Of a DNA stretch of 39,849 bases, positions 33,534 to 39,849 are shown one piece after another (the first letter of the stretch is position 1; the number at the start of each line of letters is the position of its first letter). The notes below the pieces were generated by a model that ran no database searches, was not told the origin of the DNA, and saw only the letters and a program-made list of their open reading frames with translations. This DNA comes from a virus, in IMG/VR virus record IMGVR_UViG_3300045988_006050; one strand, given 5' to 3'. Both the position numbers and the translations under genes were made by a program.

Positions 33534-33887
33534 ATGGGAATGTTTTTACGAAGGGGACTTCCCAGCAAATTCATGGTAATTCTGAGCGTCCCTGTTTCTT
33601 ACAGCAGTACCTATTCCATGTATGCCGTAGTTAACGGCGAAAAACTAACGGATGCTGCAGCACTGACGTTTCATTCTGGAAGTAAAGTTCCGATCACCAT
33701 ATCATATAAGGCACGAAACAGCCGCGGCAACGTTATTTTGAACGGTGTAACTGTATCAAACGAAAAAGAAGGTACTTACGAATTTGTAGCCACAACAAAC
33801 ACACGCATTTTGTTCGAACAAAAGAAAACATATGACGGAAACGGCAACGTTGTGTGGACACCGACCTGCACCATCACGGAAAATTGA
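33534..33887 (+). CDS. Hypothetical protein
   Basis: GGGGGTG SD. Beta-rich 117-aa ORF. Confidence 0.55.
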   Translation: MGMFLRRGLPSKFMVILSVPVSYSSTYSMYAVVNGEKLTDAAALTFHSGSKVPITISYKARNSRGNVILNGVTVSNEKEGTYEFVATTNTRILFEQKKTYDGNGNVVWTPTCTITEN

Positions 33888-33902
33888 TTTAGGGGGTTAT
33901 TT

Positions 33903-34574
33903 ATGTACATCACACACAACAATCAAACCTACGCGAACGTCCGGGTATACAGCACCTCCGGCTCGGTCCGGTTTACGGGCGATTCTCTTTCGGGGGTGAC
34001 GACGCTGACCGGTCCCGTCTGGGTCTTCGCGGACAACGGCTTCGAGCTGCGGACGTTCGTACCGATCGATTATCTCCGGCAGGACATCCGGGACGGCAGC
34101 TGGCTGCTGACGAATACGCCGGTCCCAACGCCGCAGCCGGTCACGGTCCAGCCTGTGACGTATGATCTGACCGTTTCCACGGCAAACGCCGTGCGCCTGC
34201 TCATGGCGGGCAAGCAGCCCACAACGGCGGATGAAATCATTATGTGTTCGGCGCTCTACAATGAATGGGCGCCGGGCAAACACGTCGCCGGAGACATTTT
34301 CTCTGTAGACGGGGACATATGGGAATGCTTCCAGAATTACGATAATGCTGTATATCCCGATATTGTTCCTGGTGGCTCTGCATGGTTCACCTTCAACAGA
34401 CCCTACCACGGCACGTCACGCGAGACGGCGCGGAATTTCGTGCACCCAACGGGGGCGCACGACATGTACAAGGCAGGTGAATGGGCAGTGCAGGACGGAA
34501 AGTTCACCAAAGCGAACCAGGATACAGCATATAGTCTCGCAGAATACCCGCAGGCGTGGGACGTGGAAGAATAA
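33903..34574 (+). CDS. Hypothetical tail-module protein with two carbohydrate-binding-like (CBM5/12-type) repeats
   Basis: WAPGKHVAGDIFSVDGDIWECFQ...SAW and YKAGEWAVQDGKFTKANQDT...PQAW. The domain call is tentative. Confidence 0.6.
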   Translation: MYITHNNQTYANVRVYSTSGSVRFTGDSLSGVTTLTGPVWVFADNGFELRTFVPIDYLRQDIRDGSWLLTNTPVPTPQPVTVQPVTYDLTVSTANAVRLLMAGKQPTTADEIIMCSALYNEWAPGKHVAGDIFSVDGDIWECFQNYDNAVYPDIVPGGSAWFTFNRPYHGTSRETARNFVHPTGAHDMYKAGEWAVQDGKFTKANQDTAYSLAEYPQAWDVEE

Positions 34575-34604
34575 CAGCCGCCCGAGGGCGAGAAAGGAGA
34601 ACAC

Positions 34605-34949
34605 ATGGACACCAAGACCATCATCGTTACCCTCGTCTGCGCCGTGCTCGGCTCGTCCGCGCTGACGGCGGTCGTCAATGCCGCCGTCAGCGCGATACAG
34701 AAAAAGCGCGGCAAGGCCACGACGCAGGATACGCACCTTGCAGAGATCGACAAAAAGCTCGACAAGATGCAGACACATCAGAACGAGCAGTATCTCGCGA
34801 TTCTCCGGCTGACCATCATGTCGGAGGAAATGCCAATGGCAGAGCGCCTGATCGCCGGAGAGAAGTATAAAAAGATGGGCGGGAACGGCGACGTGAAAAA
34901 ATTCCTGCACCAGCTGGAGGCGCAGTGCGGACATAGCAGTGCGCAATAA
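34605..34949 (+). CDS. Membrane-anchored lysis-module protein (N-terminal TM)
   Basis: TIIVTLVCAVLGSSALTAVVNAAV TM segment. Upstream of the holin and endolysin genes. Confidence 0.6.
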   Translation: MDTKTIIVTLVCAVLGSSALTAVVNAAVSAIQKKRGKATTQDTHLAEIDKKLDKMQTHQNEQYLAILRLTIMSEEMPMAERLIAGEKYKKMGGNGDVKKFLHQLEAQCGHSSAQ

Positions 34950-34963
34950 ATTAGGAGGCAGAT

Positions 34964-35227
34964 ATGCGGGTAAAAGGCAAGTGGAGCAAAGGCGAGATGG
35001 CGCGCACCATCGTCATTTACCTTCTTCGGCTTCTGACGATGGTGCTGATCTGGGCGTGCGCGCTGAAAACCATCGCTGTCCTTATCGCAGTTGGACACAA
35101 CCCGGAGCTGGGTACGTCGGTCGATCTGTCTGACGTACTCGGCTACGCCGGCGGCGCGTCAGTCTCAGAACTGGGCTTGCTGGCTTTCAAGAGAGTATTC
35201 GCAAAAAAGAATGAACCGGTAGAATGA
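34964..35227 (+). CDS. Holin-like membrane protein
   Basis: Hydrophobic IVIYLLRLLTMVLIWACALKTIAVLIAV. AGGAGG SD. Confidence 0.6.
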   Translation: MRVKGKWSKGEMARTIVIYLLRLLTMVLIWACALKTIAVLIAVGHNPELGTSVDLSDVLGYAGGASVSELGLLAFKRVFAKKNEPVE

Positions 35228-35238
35228 AAGGGGTACAT

Positions 35239-35466
35239 ATGGAAAACATCAAAAAGCGGCTGGGCAACCTGCTCAGCGTCAAGAGCCTGGTCACACTCTC
35301 GCTGACCATCGTCTTTGCCGTCCTCGCCCTGCGGGGAGACATCACCGGTAAGGACTTTTTGACCATCTTCCTGACAGTCGTGACCTTCTACTTTGGCACC
35401 CAGAGCCAGAAGGCACAGGACGCGATTGACAACGCGGGTACGCCGCAGGAGGGCGAACAGAAATGA
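35239..35466 (+). CDS. Holin (two TM segments)
   Basis: LVTLSLTIVFAVLAL and FLTIFLTVVTFYFG with a charged C-terminus. ATGA coupling to the endolysin gene. Confidence 0.7.
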   Translation: MENIKKRLGNLLSVKSLVTLSLTIVFAVLALRGDITGKDFLTIFLTVVTFYFGTQSQKAQDAIDNAGTPQEGEQK

Positions 35467-36155
35467 TGAAAGCATCCGAACTTGTGCGCAGGCACATTGA
35501 CGTTGCGAAGAACTACAAAACCGTCTACATGTGGGGATGCTTTGGCTCCCCCGTGAGCGAAACGATCATTGACGAGAAATCCGCACAGTACCCGGACTGG
35601 TACACTGGCGGCAGAGTCGCGTATCTGCGCAGCCTCCTCGGAAAAGTTGTCTATGGCTTTGACTGCGTAAACCTGACAAAGGGCATTCTCTGGGGCTGGA
35701 ACGGCAACAAAAACGCCTACTACGGCGGTGCAAGATACGCATCGAACAGCGTGCCGGATGTCTCCGCCGACGGCATGATTGCAAAGTGCAAGGACGTGTC
35801 AATGACCGGCTGGGACAAGCTGATTCCCGGCGAAGGTCTCTGGATGCCCGGCCACTGGGGCATGTACATCGGTGACGGTCTGGCGGTCGAATGCACCCCG
35901 ATCTGGGACAACGGTGTGCAAATCACCGCCGTCCAGAAGATCGGCGCGAAAGCAGGCTACCACGCCCGCAATTGGCAGAAGCACGGAAAGCTCCCGTGGG
36001 TGGAATACGATACCGTGAAGGTTGATACCGAGGTTGAAGAAGCAAAGAAGACCATCCGGCAGAAAGCCGGATTGACCGACGGCACGATTGATTATCTCGC
36101 CGCCTACAAGTACGGCGATGACCTCTTGAAGAAACTTGCAAAAGCGATGAAGTAA
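35463..36155 (+). CDS. Endolysin, NlpC/P60-like cysteine peptidase
   Basis: YGFDCVNLTKG (catalytic Cys context) and PGHWGMYIGDGLAVE (His). Follows the holin gene. Confidence 0.8.
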   Translation: MMKASELVRRHIDVAKNYKTVYMWGCFGSPVSETIIDEKSAQYPDWYTGGRVAYLRSLLGKVVYGFDCVNLTKGILWGWNGNKNAYYGGARYASNSVPDVSADGMIAKCKDVSMTGWDKLIPGEGLWMPGHWGMYIGDGLAVECTPIWDNGVQITAVQKIGAKAGYHARNWQKHGKLPWVEYDTVKVDTEVEEAKKTIRQKAGLTDGTIDYLAAYKYGDDLLKKLAKAMK

Positions 36156-36167
36156 GGGGGCGGGGCT

Positions 36168-36416
36168 ATGGCTCCACAAGCCAGATGCAAATTACCGCCG
36201 GAGCTTGGCGGACTGATGCGCCGGGATATGGAGACGGTTATTTACCAATCGAATCTCGGCCTCGAAGACGCAAAAATTGCGCAGCTCTACTTTGTGGATA
36301 AGCTTCCACAGGTGGACGTCGCGACGGAACTGTATCTTGGCAGGGCTACGGTGCAAAGACGCCTCCCTGGGATTATGCAGCGCATGAGAGACACGTCGAG
36401 CAAACTGTATAGCTAA
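36168..36416 (+). CDS. Small sigma-70 region-4-like HTH protein
   Basis: AKIAQLYFVDKLPQVDVATELYLGRATVQRRL. Confidence 0.6.
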   Translation: MAPQARCKLPPELGGLMRRDMETVIYQSNLGLEDAKIAQLYFVDKLPQVDVATELYLGRATVQRRLPGIMQRMRDTSSKLYS

Positions 36417-36448
36417 GTGATGCACAACTGAGGCACACGAAAATACGA

Positions 36449-36500
36449 AAAAGCCCATACTGGACACAAAGGAGTGTTCGGTATGGGCTTTTCTTATTTC
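36449..36500. terminator. 19-bp hairpin (bidirectional-terminator-like) that contains the SD and AUG of the next gene
   Basis: aaaagcccatactggacac / gtgttcggtatgggctttt with loop aaagga, flanked by a T-rich tract on either strand. Confidence 0.55.
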
Positions 36501-36866
36501 AATCCAAACCCGGAAGGGAAACAAGTCGGAGACTGTACCGTCCGGGCGATCTCAAAGGCGACGGGCAAGAGCTGGGATGAAACATACGTCGGACTTTGCC
36601 TACAGGGGCTGAAAATGGGCGACATGCCGTCGGCAAACAGTGTCTGGGGCGCGTACCTTCGGCAGCATGGGTTTACAAGGAACGTCGTGCCGAATACATG
36701 CCCGGACTGTTATACCGTTGAGGATTTCTGCGCAGACCATCCACGCGGTATATATGTACTCGCACTATCTACGCACGTTGTCTGCGCGGAAGATGGCACG
36801 TATTTCGATACGTGGAACAGTGGGAACGAAATCCCACTGTTCTACTGGGAAAAGGAGGATAAATAA
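36483..36866 (+). CDS. Hypothetical protein with papain-like Cys/His signature
   Basis: NPNPEGKQVGDCTVRAISKA...THVVCAEDGTYFDTWN. SD AAGGAG 8 nt upstream. Confidence 0.65.
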   Translation: MGFSYFNPNPEGKQVGDCTVRAISKATGKSWDETYVGLCLQGLKMGDMPSANSVWGAYLRQHGFTRNVVPNTCPDCYTVEDFCADHPRGIYVLALSTHVVCAEDGTYFDTWNSGNEIPLFYWEKEDK

Positions 36867-37333
36867 TGTTCGGACAACAGCCTTATGTGTATCAGCAGCC
36901 GATTTACAATCAACCGCCCATGATGCAGGAACCAATGATGCGTCCACAGTATCAGCCTGCGCCGTCGATGCAGTATCCGACTCCGCAACCTCAGCCACAG
37001 CAGCCGAGCTGTGGACAGTCTATCATCTGGGTCCCGAACGAGAAGGCGGCAAACGAATTTATCGTTGCGCCGAATAACGCCGTCACGCTCTGGGATATGA
37101 ATGCGCCGGTTGTGTATGTGAAGAAAGCAGACGCAAGCGGTAAACCAGCAATGACAACGTATGACCTCGTAGAGCGCTCTACAGCCCCCGTGAGCCCCAC
37201 AGCGCCACAAACAGTGCCTACGGTGGAATACGTGACCCGCAAGGACTTTGACGAACTGGCGGCAAAGGTGGCGTCTCTGAGCGTCAAGCCCGTTAGAAAG
37301 GTGAAGGAGGCAGAAAATGAATCCACTGTTTAA
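36866..37333 (+). CDS. Q/P/Y-rich N-terminus protein, function unknown
   Basis: AGGAGG SD. MFGQQPYVYQQPIYNQPPMMQEPMMRPQYQ..., then a globular IIWVPNEKAANEFIVAPNNAVTLWDM segment. Confidence 0.7.
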   Translation: MFGQQPYVYQQPIYNQPPMMQEPMMRPQYQPAPSMQYPTPQPQPQQPSCGQSIIWVPNEKAANEFIVAPNNAVTLWDMNAPVVYVKKADASGKPAMTTYDLVERSTAPVSPTAPQTVPTVEYVTRKDFDELAAKVASLSVKPVRKVKEAENESTV

Positions 37334-37532
37334 TGCACTCGGCGGCGGGCAAATGCCCGGGGCTATGGGGCAGTTTCAAAATATGGTGCGGCAGTTTCAG
37401 CAGTTCAAGCAGAGCTTTCAGGGCGACCCGAGGGCGGAGGTTGAGAAGCTGGTACAGTCTGGGAAAATCTCGCAGCAGCAGTTGAACCAGCTACAACAGG
37501 CGGCAAGCCAGTTTCAACAGCTTCTTGGATAA
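37317..37532 (+). CDS. Small Gln-rich protein
   Basis: GGAGG SD. QFQNMVRQFQQFKQSFQ...QQQLNQLQQAASQFQQLL. Confidence 0.6.
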   Translation: MNPLFNALGGGQMPGAMGQFQNMVRQFQQFKQSFQGDPRAEVEKLVQSGKISQQQLNQLQQAASQFQQLLG

Positions 37533-37545
37533 TTAAGATTTCAAT

Positions 37546-37557
37546 TCGTGCGCACGA
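37546..37557. promoter_or_regulatory. 12-bp perfect palindrome TCGTGCGCACGA within a promoter-like spacer
   Basis: Flanked by TTCAAT (37540-37545) and TAAATT (37564-37569). Confidence 0.3.
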
Positions 37558-37596
37558 TTGAGATAAATTTCAAAATCTACGAAAGGAGAAATGATT

Positions 37597-38355
37597 ATGA
37601 GTCTTTCTGATGGCGGCATTCAGCCGACCATGAACGTATCCCCTTCCGGCAGCTCCGGCGGCTGGGGCGGATTCGGAGGCGATGGCGGGTGGTGGTTCAT
37701 TATCCTGTTCCTCGCCCTGTTCTGTGGCTGGGGCGGTAATGGCTTCGGCAATAACCGCGGCAATTCCGGCGGAGTAGTTGACGGCTATGTTCTGGCTTCC
37801 GACTTCGCAAACATCGAACGCAAGATGGACCTCATCAACGGCGGGCTGTGCGATGGCTTCTATGCCGTGAACAACTCCCTACTTACGGGGTTCGGTAATG
37901 CGGAGCTTTCCCGCTGCAACCAGCAGGCAGCCTTGATGCAGCAGCTCAACAACATGGCGATGCAGGCGCAGGAGTGCTGCTGCGAAAACCGCGCAGCCGT
38001 TGCGCAGGTGCGGTATGACATGGCTTCGCAGGCTTGCGACACCAGAAACACCGTGCAGAACAGCACTCGCGACATCATCGACGCGATGAACTGCGGCTTC
38101 CGCAGCATCGATCAGCGCCTGACTGCGCAGGAACTGGCCGCGAAGGATGCCAAGATTGCTGAGCAGAATCAGCAGCTTATTATGGCGAACCTCGCTGCAT
38201 CGCAGGCGACGCAGACGAACGAGATTCGGGATTATGTGTACGGACAGTTCGTACATTACAACCCCCGTCCGGTTCCGGCGTTTGAGGTTCCAGCCCCGTA
38301 CCAGTATTCCGGATGTAATAACGGCTACAACTACGGTTGCAGAAACTGCGCTTAA
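37597..38355 (+). CDS. Gly/Trp-rich membrane protein with coiled-coil and Cys-rich regions (N-terminus YjcZ-like)
   Basis: GGWGGFGGDGGWWFIILFLALFCGWGGNGFGNNRG, QECCCEN, C-terminal YSGCNNGYNYGCRNCA. Confidence 0.7.
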   Translation: MSLSDGGIQPTMNVSPSGSSGGWGGFGGDGGWWFIILFLALFCGWGGNGFGNNRGNSGGVVDGYVLASDFANIERKMDLINGGLCDGFYAVNNSLLTGFGNAELSRCNQQAALMQQLNNMAMQAQECCCENRAAVAQVRYDMASQACDTRNTVQNSTRDIIDAMNCGFRSIDQRLTAQELAAKDAKIAEQNQQLIMANLAASQATQTNEIRDYVYGQFVHYNPRPVPAFEVPAPYQYSGCNNGYNYGCRNCA

Positions 38356-38422
38356 CTCCATAACGTAGAGCTTTTTCGTGGACTCACGAAAATGATCGGT
38401 TCCTTGCCGATACTCAAGAAAC

Positions 38423-38453
38423 GCGGCGGGGCAATCGTCCCGCCGCTATTTTT
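38423..38453 (+). terminator. Rho-independent terminator
   Basis: gcggcggg/cccgccgc 8-bp stem followed by tattttt. Confidence 0.7.
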
Positions 38454-38493
38454 AACCGTGTCGAATTCGACGCATTTAGAAAGGAATGATTTT

Positions 38494-38916
38494 ATGGCTG
38501 AATTTACAGCGCCCAATATTCAAATTGTTGCCGCCGGGCAGAACGTCCCTCTAATTTCCACGGCGGCTTGTGGCAAACCGTGTATCGTACACCGTGACGG
38601 AAGCGGGCTTGTTACGCTTCGTGGGCTTACGCAGCAGTGTAAGGCGAAGTTCCGTGTATCCTTTGGCGCGAATATCGCCGTTCCTACAGGCGGAACAGTC
38701 GGAGCTATCACCGCTGCGCTCGCCATCAACGGGGAGGCTTTGAACAGCGCCACAGCGACCGTAACCCCTGCGGCTGTTGAGAATTATTTCAACATCTACG
38801 TTTCAACATTCGTGGAAGTTCCGCGCGGCTGCTGCTTGACTGTAGCGGCGAAGAACACCAGCGCACAGGCGATCAGCCTTGCAAATAGCAATATGATCAT
38901 CGAGCGCGTATCGTGA
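38494..38916 (+). CDS. BclA C-terminal-domain-like (C1q/TNF-like jelly-roll) protein, no collagen repeats
   Basis: Overall pattern resembles the BclA C-terminal domain, including the ending ...SLANSNMIIERVS versus ...TSASIIIEKVA in BclA. Recalled from memory. Confidence 0.55.
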   Translation: MAEFTAPNIQIVAAGQNVPLISTAACGKPCIVHRDGSGLVTLRGLTQQCKAKFRVSFGANIAVPTGGTVGAITAALAINGEALNSATATVTPAAVENYFNIYVSTFVEVPRGCCLTVAAKNTSAQAISLANSNMIIERVS

Positions 38917-38930
38917 AGGGAGGAAGGAAT

Positions 38931-39302
38931 ATGTACGATTTGAGAAACCTTCGGGAAATGCTCTGCAAAGAGCTGGATGAAATCGCCGACAAACGTGAAA
39001 TGTCTGCTGGTGATCTGGACGCAATTCAGAAGCTGACAAGCTCCATCAAGAACACTTATAAAATCGAAATGCTTGAGGACGGAGGCTATTCCCGCGACGG
39101 CGAGTGGGAAGCGGATATGCGCGGCACGTATGGGCGCGGCAGCTCTTACCGTGGCAGGCATCGCGATTCTATGGGAAGGTATAGCCGAACCGATGCGCGG
39201 GAGCATATGCGCTCGACGCTGGAAGACATGATGCGCGACGCGGACGATGATAAAACGCGCGAGGCTATCCGGCGCTGCATGGAGCAGATTGACAGAGCAT
39301 AA
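38931..39302 (+). CDS. Hypothetical protein with central Gly/Arg/Tyr/Ser-rich segment
   Basis: GGGAGGAAGG SD. GGYSRDGEWEADMRGTYGRGSSYRGRHRDSMGRYSR. Confidence 0.65.
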   Translation: MYDLRNLREMLCKELDEIADKREMSAGDLDAIQKLTSSIKNTYKIEMLEDGGYSRDGEWEADMRGTYGRGSSYRGRHRDSMGRYSRTDAREHMRSTLEDMMRDADDDKTREAIRRCMEQIDRA

Positions 39303-39314
39303 GGAGGGAAAGAC

Positions 39315-39659
39315 ATGCTGGATGAAGCCGAAATCCGAAAGGAAATAGCACGGCTGGAATACGAAGAATCCAGCTATCCCAATTATGCCAAACTGGCGAA
39401 CCTATATGTGATACGCGACAAGATGCAGGGAGCGGAGAATGCCAGAGATAAGTTTGTGGGTTACTACTCTGGCGCTCCCGCCCCTGTGACTGCAGAACCG
39501 GCTACCGTGGGCGAGTACGGGGACAGTGAGTTTTTGCTTGCAGTAGCCGGGAAAGACCCGGCGAAGGCTTGGACGGTCATTGACGAACTTATGGATACAC
39601 TTGCGATGGTAAACAGCAAGGTTTATAACTCTGTTATGCAGAAGATAAAACGTGTCTAG
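39315..39659 (+). CDS. Hypothetical protein
   Basis: AAGGAGGG SD. 114 aa. Last gene before attR. Confidence 0.65.
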   Translation: MLDEAEIRKEIARLEYEESSYPNYAKLANLYVIRDKMQGAENARDKFVGYYSGAPAPVTAEPATVGEYGDSEFLLAVAGKDPAKAWTVIDELMDTLAMVNSKVYNSVMQKIKRV

Positions 39660-39692
39660 TGTTAGTAACTGTGTTAGCTATTTGTTAGTAAC
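39660..39692. repeat. Candidate arm-type integrase binding sites (TGTTAGTAAC, TGTTAGCTA, TGTTAGTAAC) in the P arm
   Basis: Three direct copies at 39660, 39672 and 39683. The same motif occurs at 114-134. Confidence 0.5.
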
Positions 39693-39730
39693 TGAAAAAA
39701 TCTGAAAAAATCTGAAAATGTCTGAGATTT
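39692..39730. repeat. Phased ~10-bp CTGAAAA(A)AT repeats (A-tract bend or IHF/Xis-type site in the att arm)
   Basis: ctgaaaaaat ctgaaaaaat ctgaaaatgt ctgagattta. A further ctgaaaac lies at 39761. Confidence 0.5.
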
Positions 39731-39794
39731 AATATCCAATTTGAAAACTTCTCAAAACGTCTGAAAACATGCTTAAAAAGTTTAGGAAATTTCA

Positions 39795-39849
39795 GAAGGT
39801 CTACTTCACACGCAGGAGGTCGATGGTTCGAGTCCATTAGTCTCCACCA
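39795..39849. repeat. attR core (displaced copy of the tRNA 3' end)
   Basis: Identical to 1-55. The preceding sequence is AT-rich phage DNA with no matching acceptor 5' strand. Confidence 0.9.

Larger units (their letters stand above)
1..39849. mobile_element. Complete integrated temperate prophage (siphovirus-like, headful/PBSX-type terminase) from attL to attR
   Basis: 55-bp direct repeats at both window ends. Integrase lies next to the left repeat. Full lysogeny, replication, packaging, head, tail and lysis gene order. No tail sheath gene, and a long tape measure. Confidence 0.9.

Noticed and set aside
39692-39730. Short tandem repeats near attR, considered as a CRISPR-like or minisatellite array
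   Set aside because: The units are only ~10 bp, degenerate and lack spacers. Their position in the att arm fits protein-binding or bending sites instead.

Overview
The window is one complete temperate siphovirus-type prophage of about 39.8 kb. It is bounded by a 55-bp direct repeat (1-55 = 39795-39849) that is the 3' end of a tRNA or tmRNA gene (T-arm, acceptor strand, A73, CCA). Strong GGAGG-type ribosome-binding sites (SD) and mid-50s %GC (estimated by eye) suggest a Firmicutes/Clostridia host; this is inference.

Layout, left to right:
- 81-3790, minus strand: lysogeny block with a tyrosine integrase, a membrane-anchored XRE regulator, an AT-rich two-gene moron and a CI-like repressor.
- 3811-3915: divergent promoter/operator switch.
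- 3958-15077: long plus-strand early operon. It encodes small proteins, a Rad52/Sak-like annealase, a YqaJ exonuclease, NinB, two HNH nucleases, SSB, a DUF1376/DnaD-like replisome organizer, a C5-methyltransferase, DUF4406, Lar, a ThyX-like protein, a RuvC-like resolvase, dUTPase and a late-regulator candidate.
- 15241-16436: frameshifted ParB-DNA methyltransferase gene.
- 16532-23372: packaging and head genes (TerS, TerL, portal, MuF-like minor head protein, gp10-like protein, scaffold, major capsid).
- 23386-34574: connector and tail genes, including the G/G-T chaperone with a TTTTTTC slippery site, a 669-aa tape measure, Dit-like and Tal-like proteins and two paralogous fibres.
- 34605-36155: lysis genes (holin-like proteins and an NlpC/P60 endolysin).
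- 36168-39659: about 3.5 kb of post-lysis cargo with unusual low-complexity or spore-surface-like proteins.

Most notable observations:
1. A 198-codon ORF with its own SD lies fully nested in the +1 frame of the C5-methyltransferase gene. It appears to carry the missing target-recognition domain (TRD) and motif IX.
2. A ~61-bp palindrome-plus-iteron element occurs twice, once inside the replisome-organizer gene and once in the early intergenic region. This looks like a bipartite origin.
3. The MuF-like head protein has an AT-rich C-terminal nuclease-like (PBECR-type) extension.
4. A riboswitch-like structured RNA plus terminator sits inside the head module.
5. An exact 21-bp repeat precedes two late gene blocks.
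6. The post-lysis cargo island and the AT-rich moron next to the integrase have no assignable function.

All family assignments come from motif recognition by eye and need HMM/BLAST confirmation.
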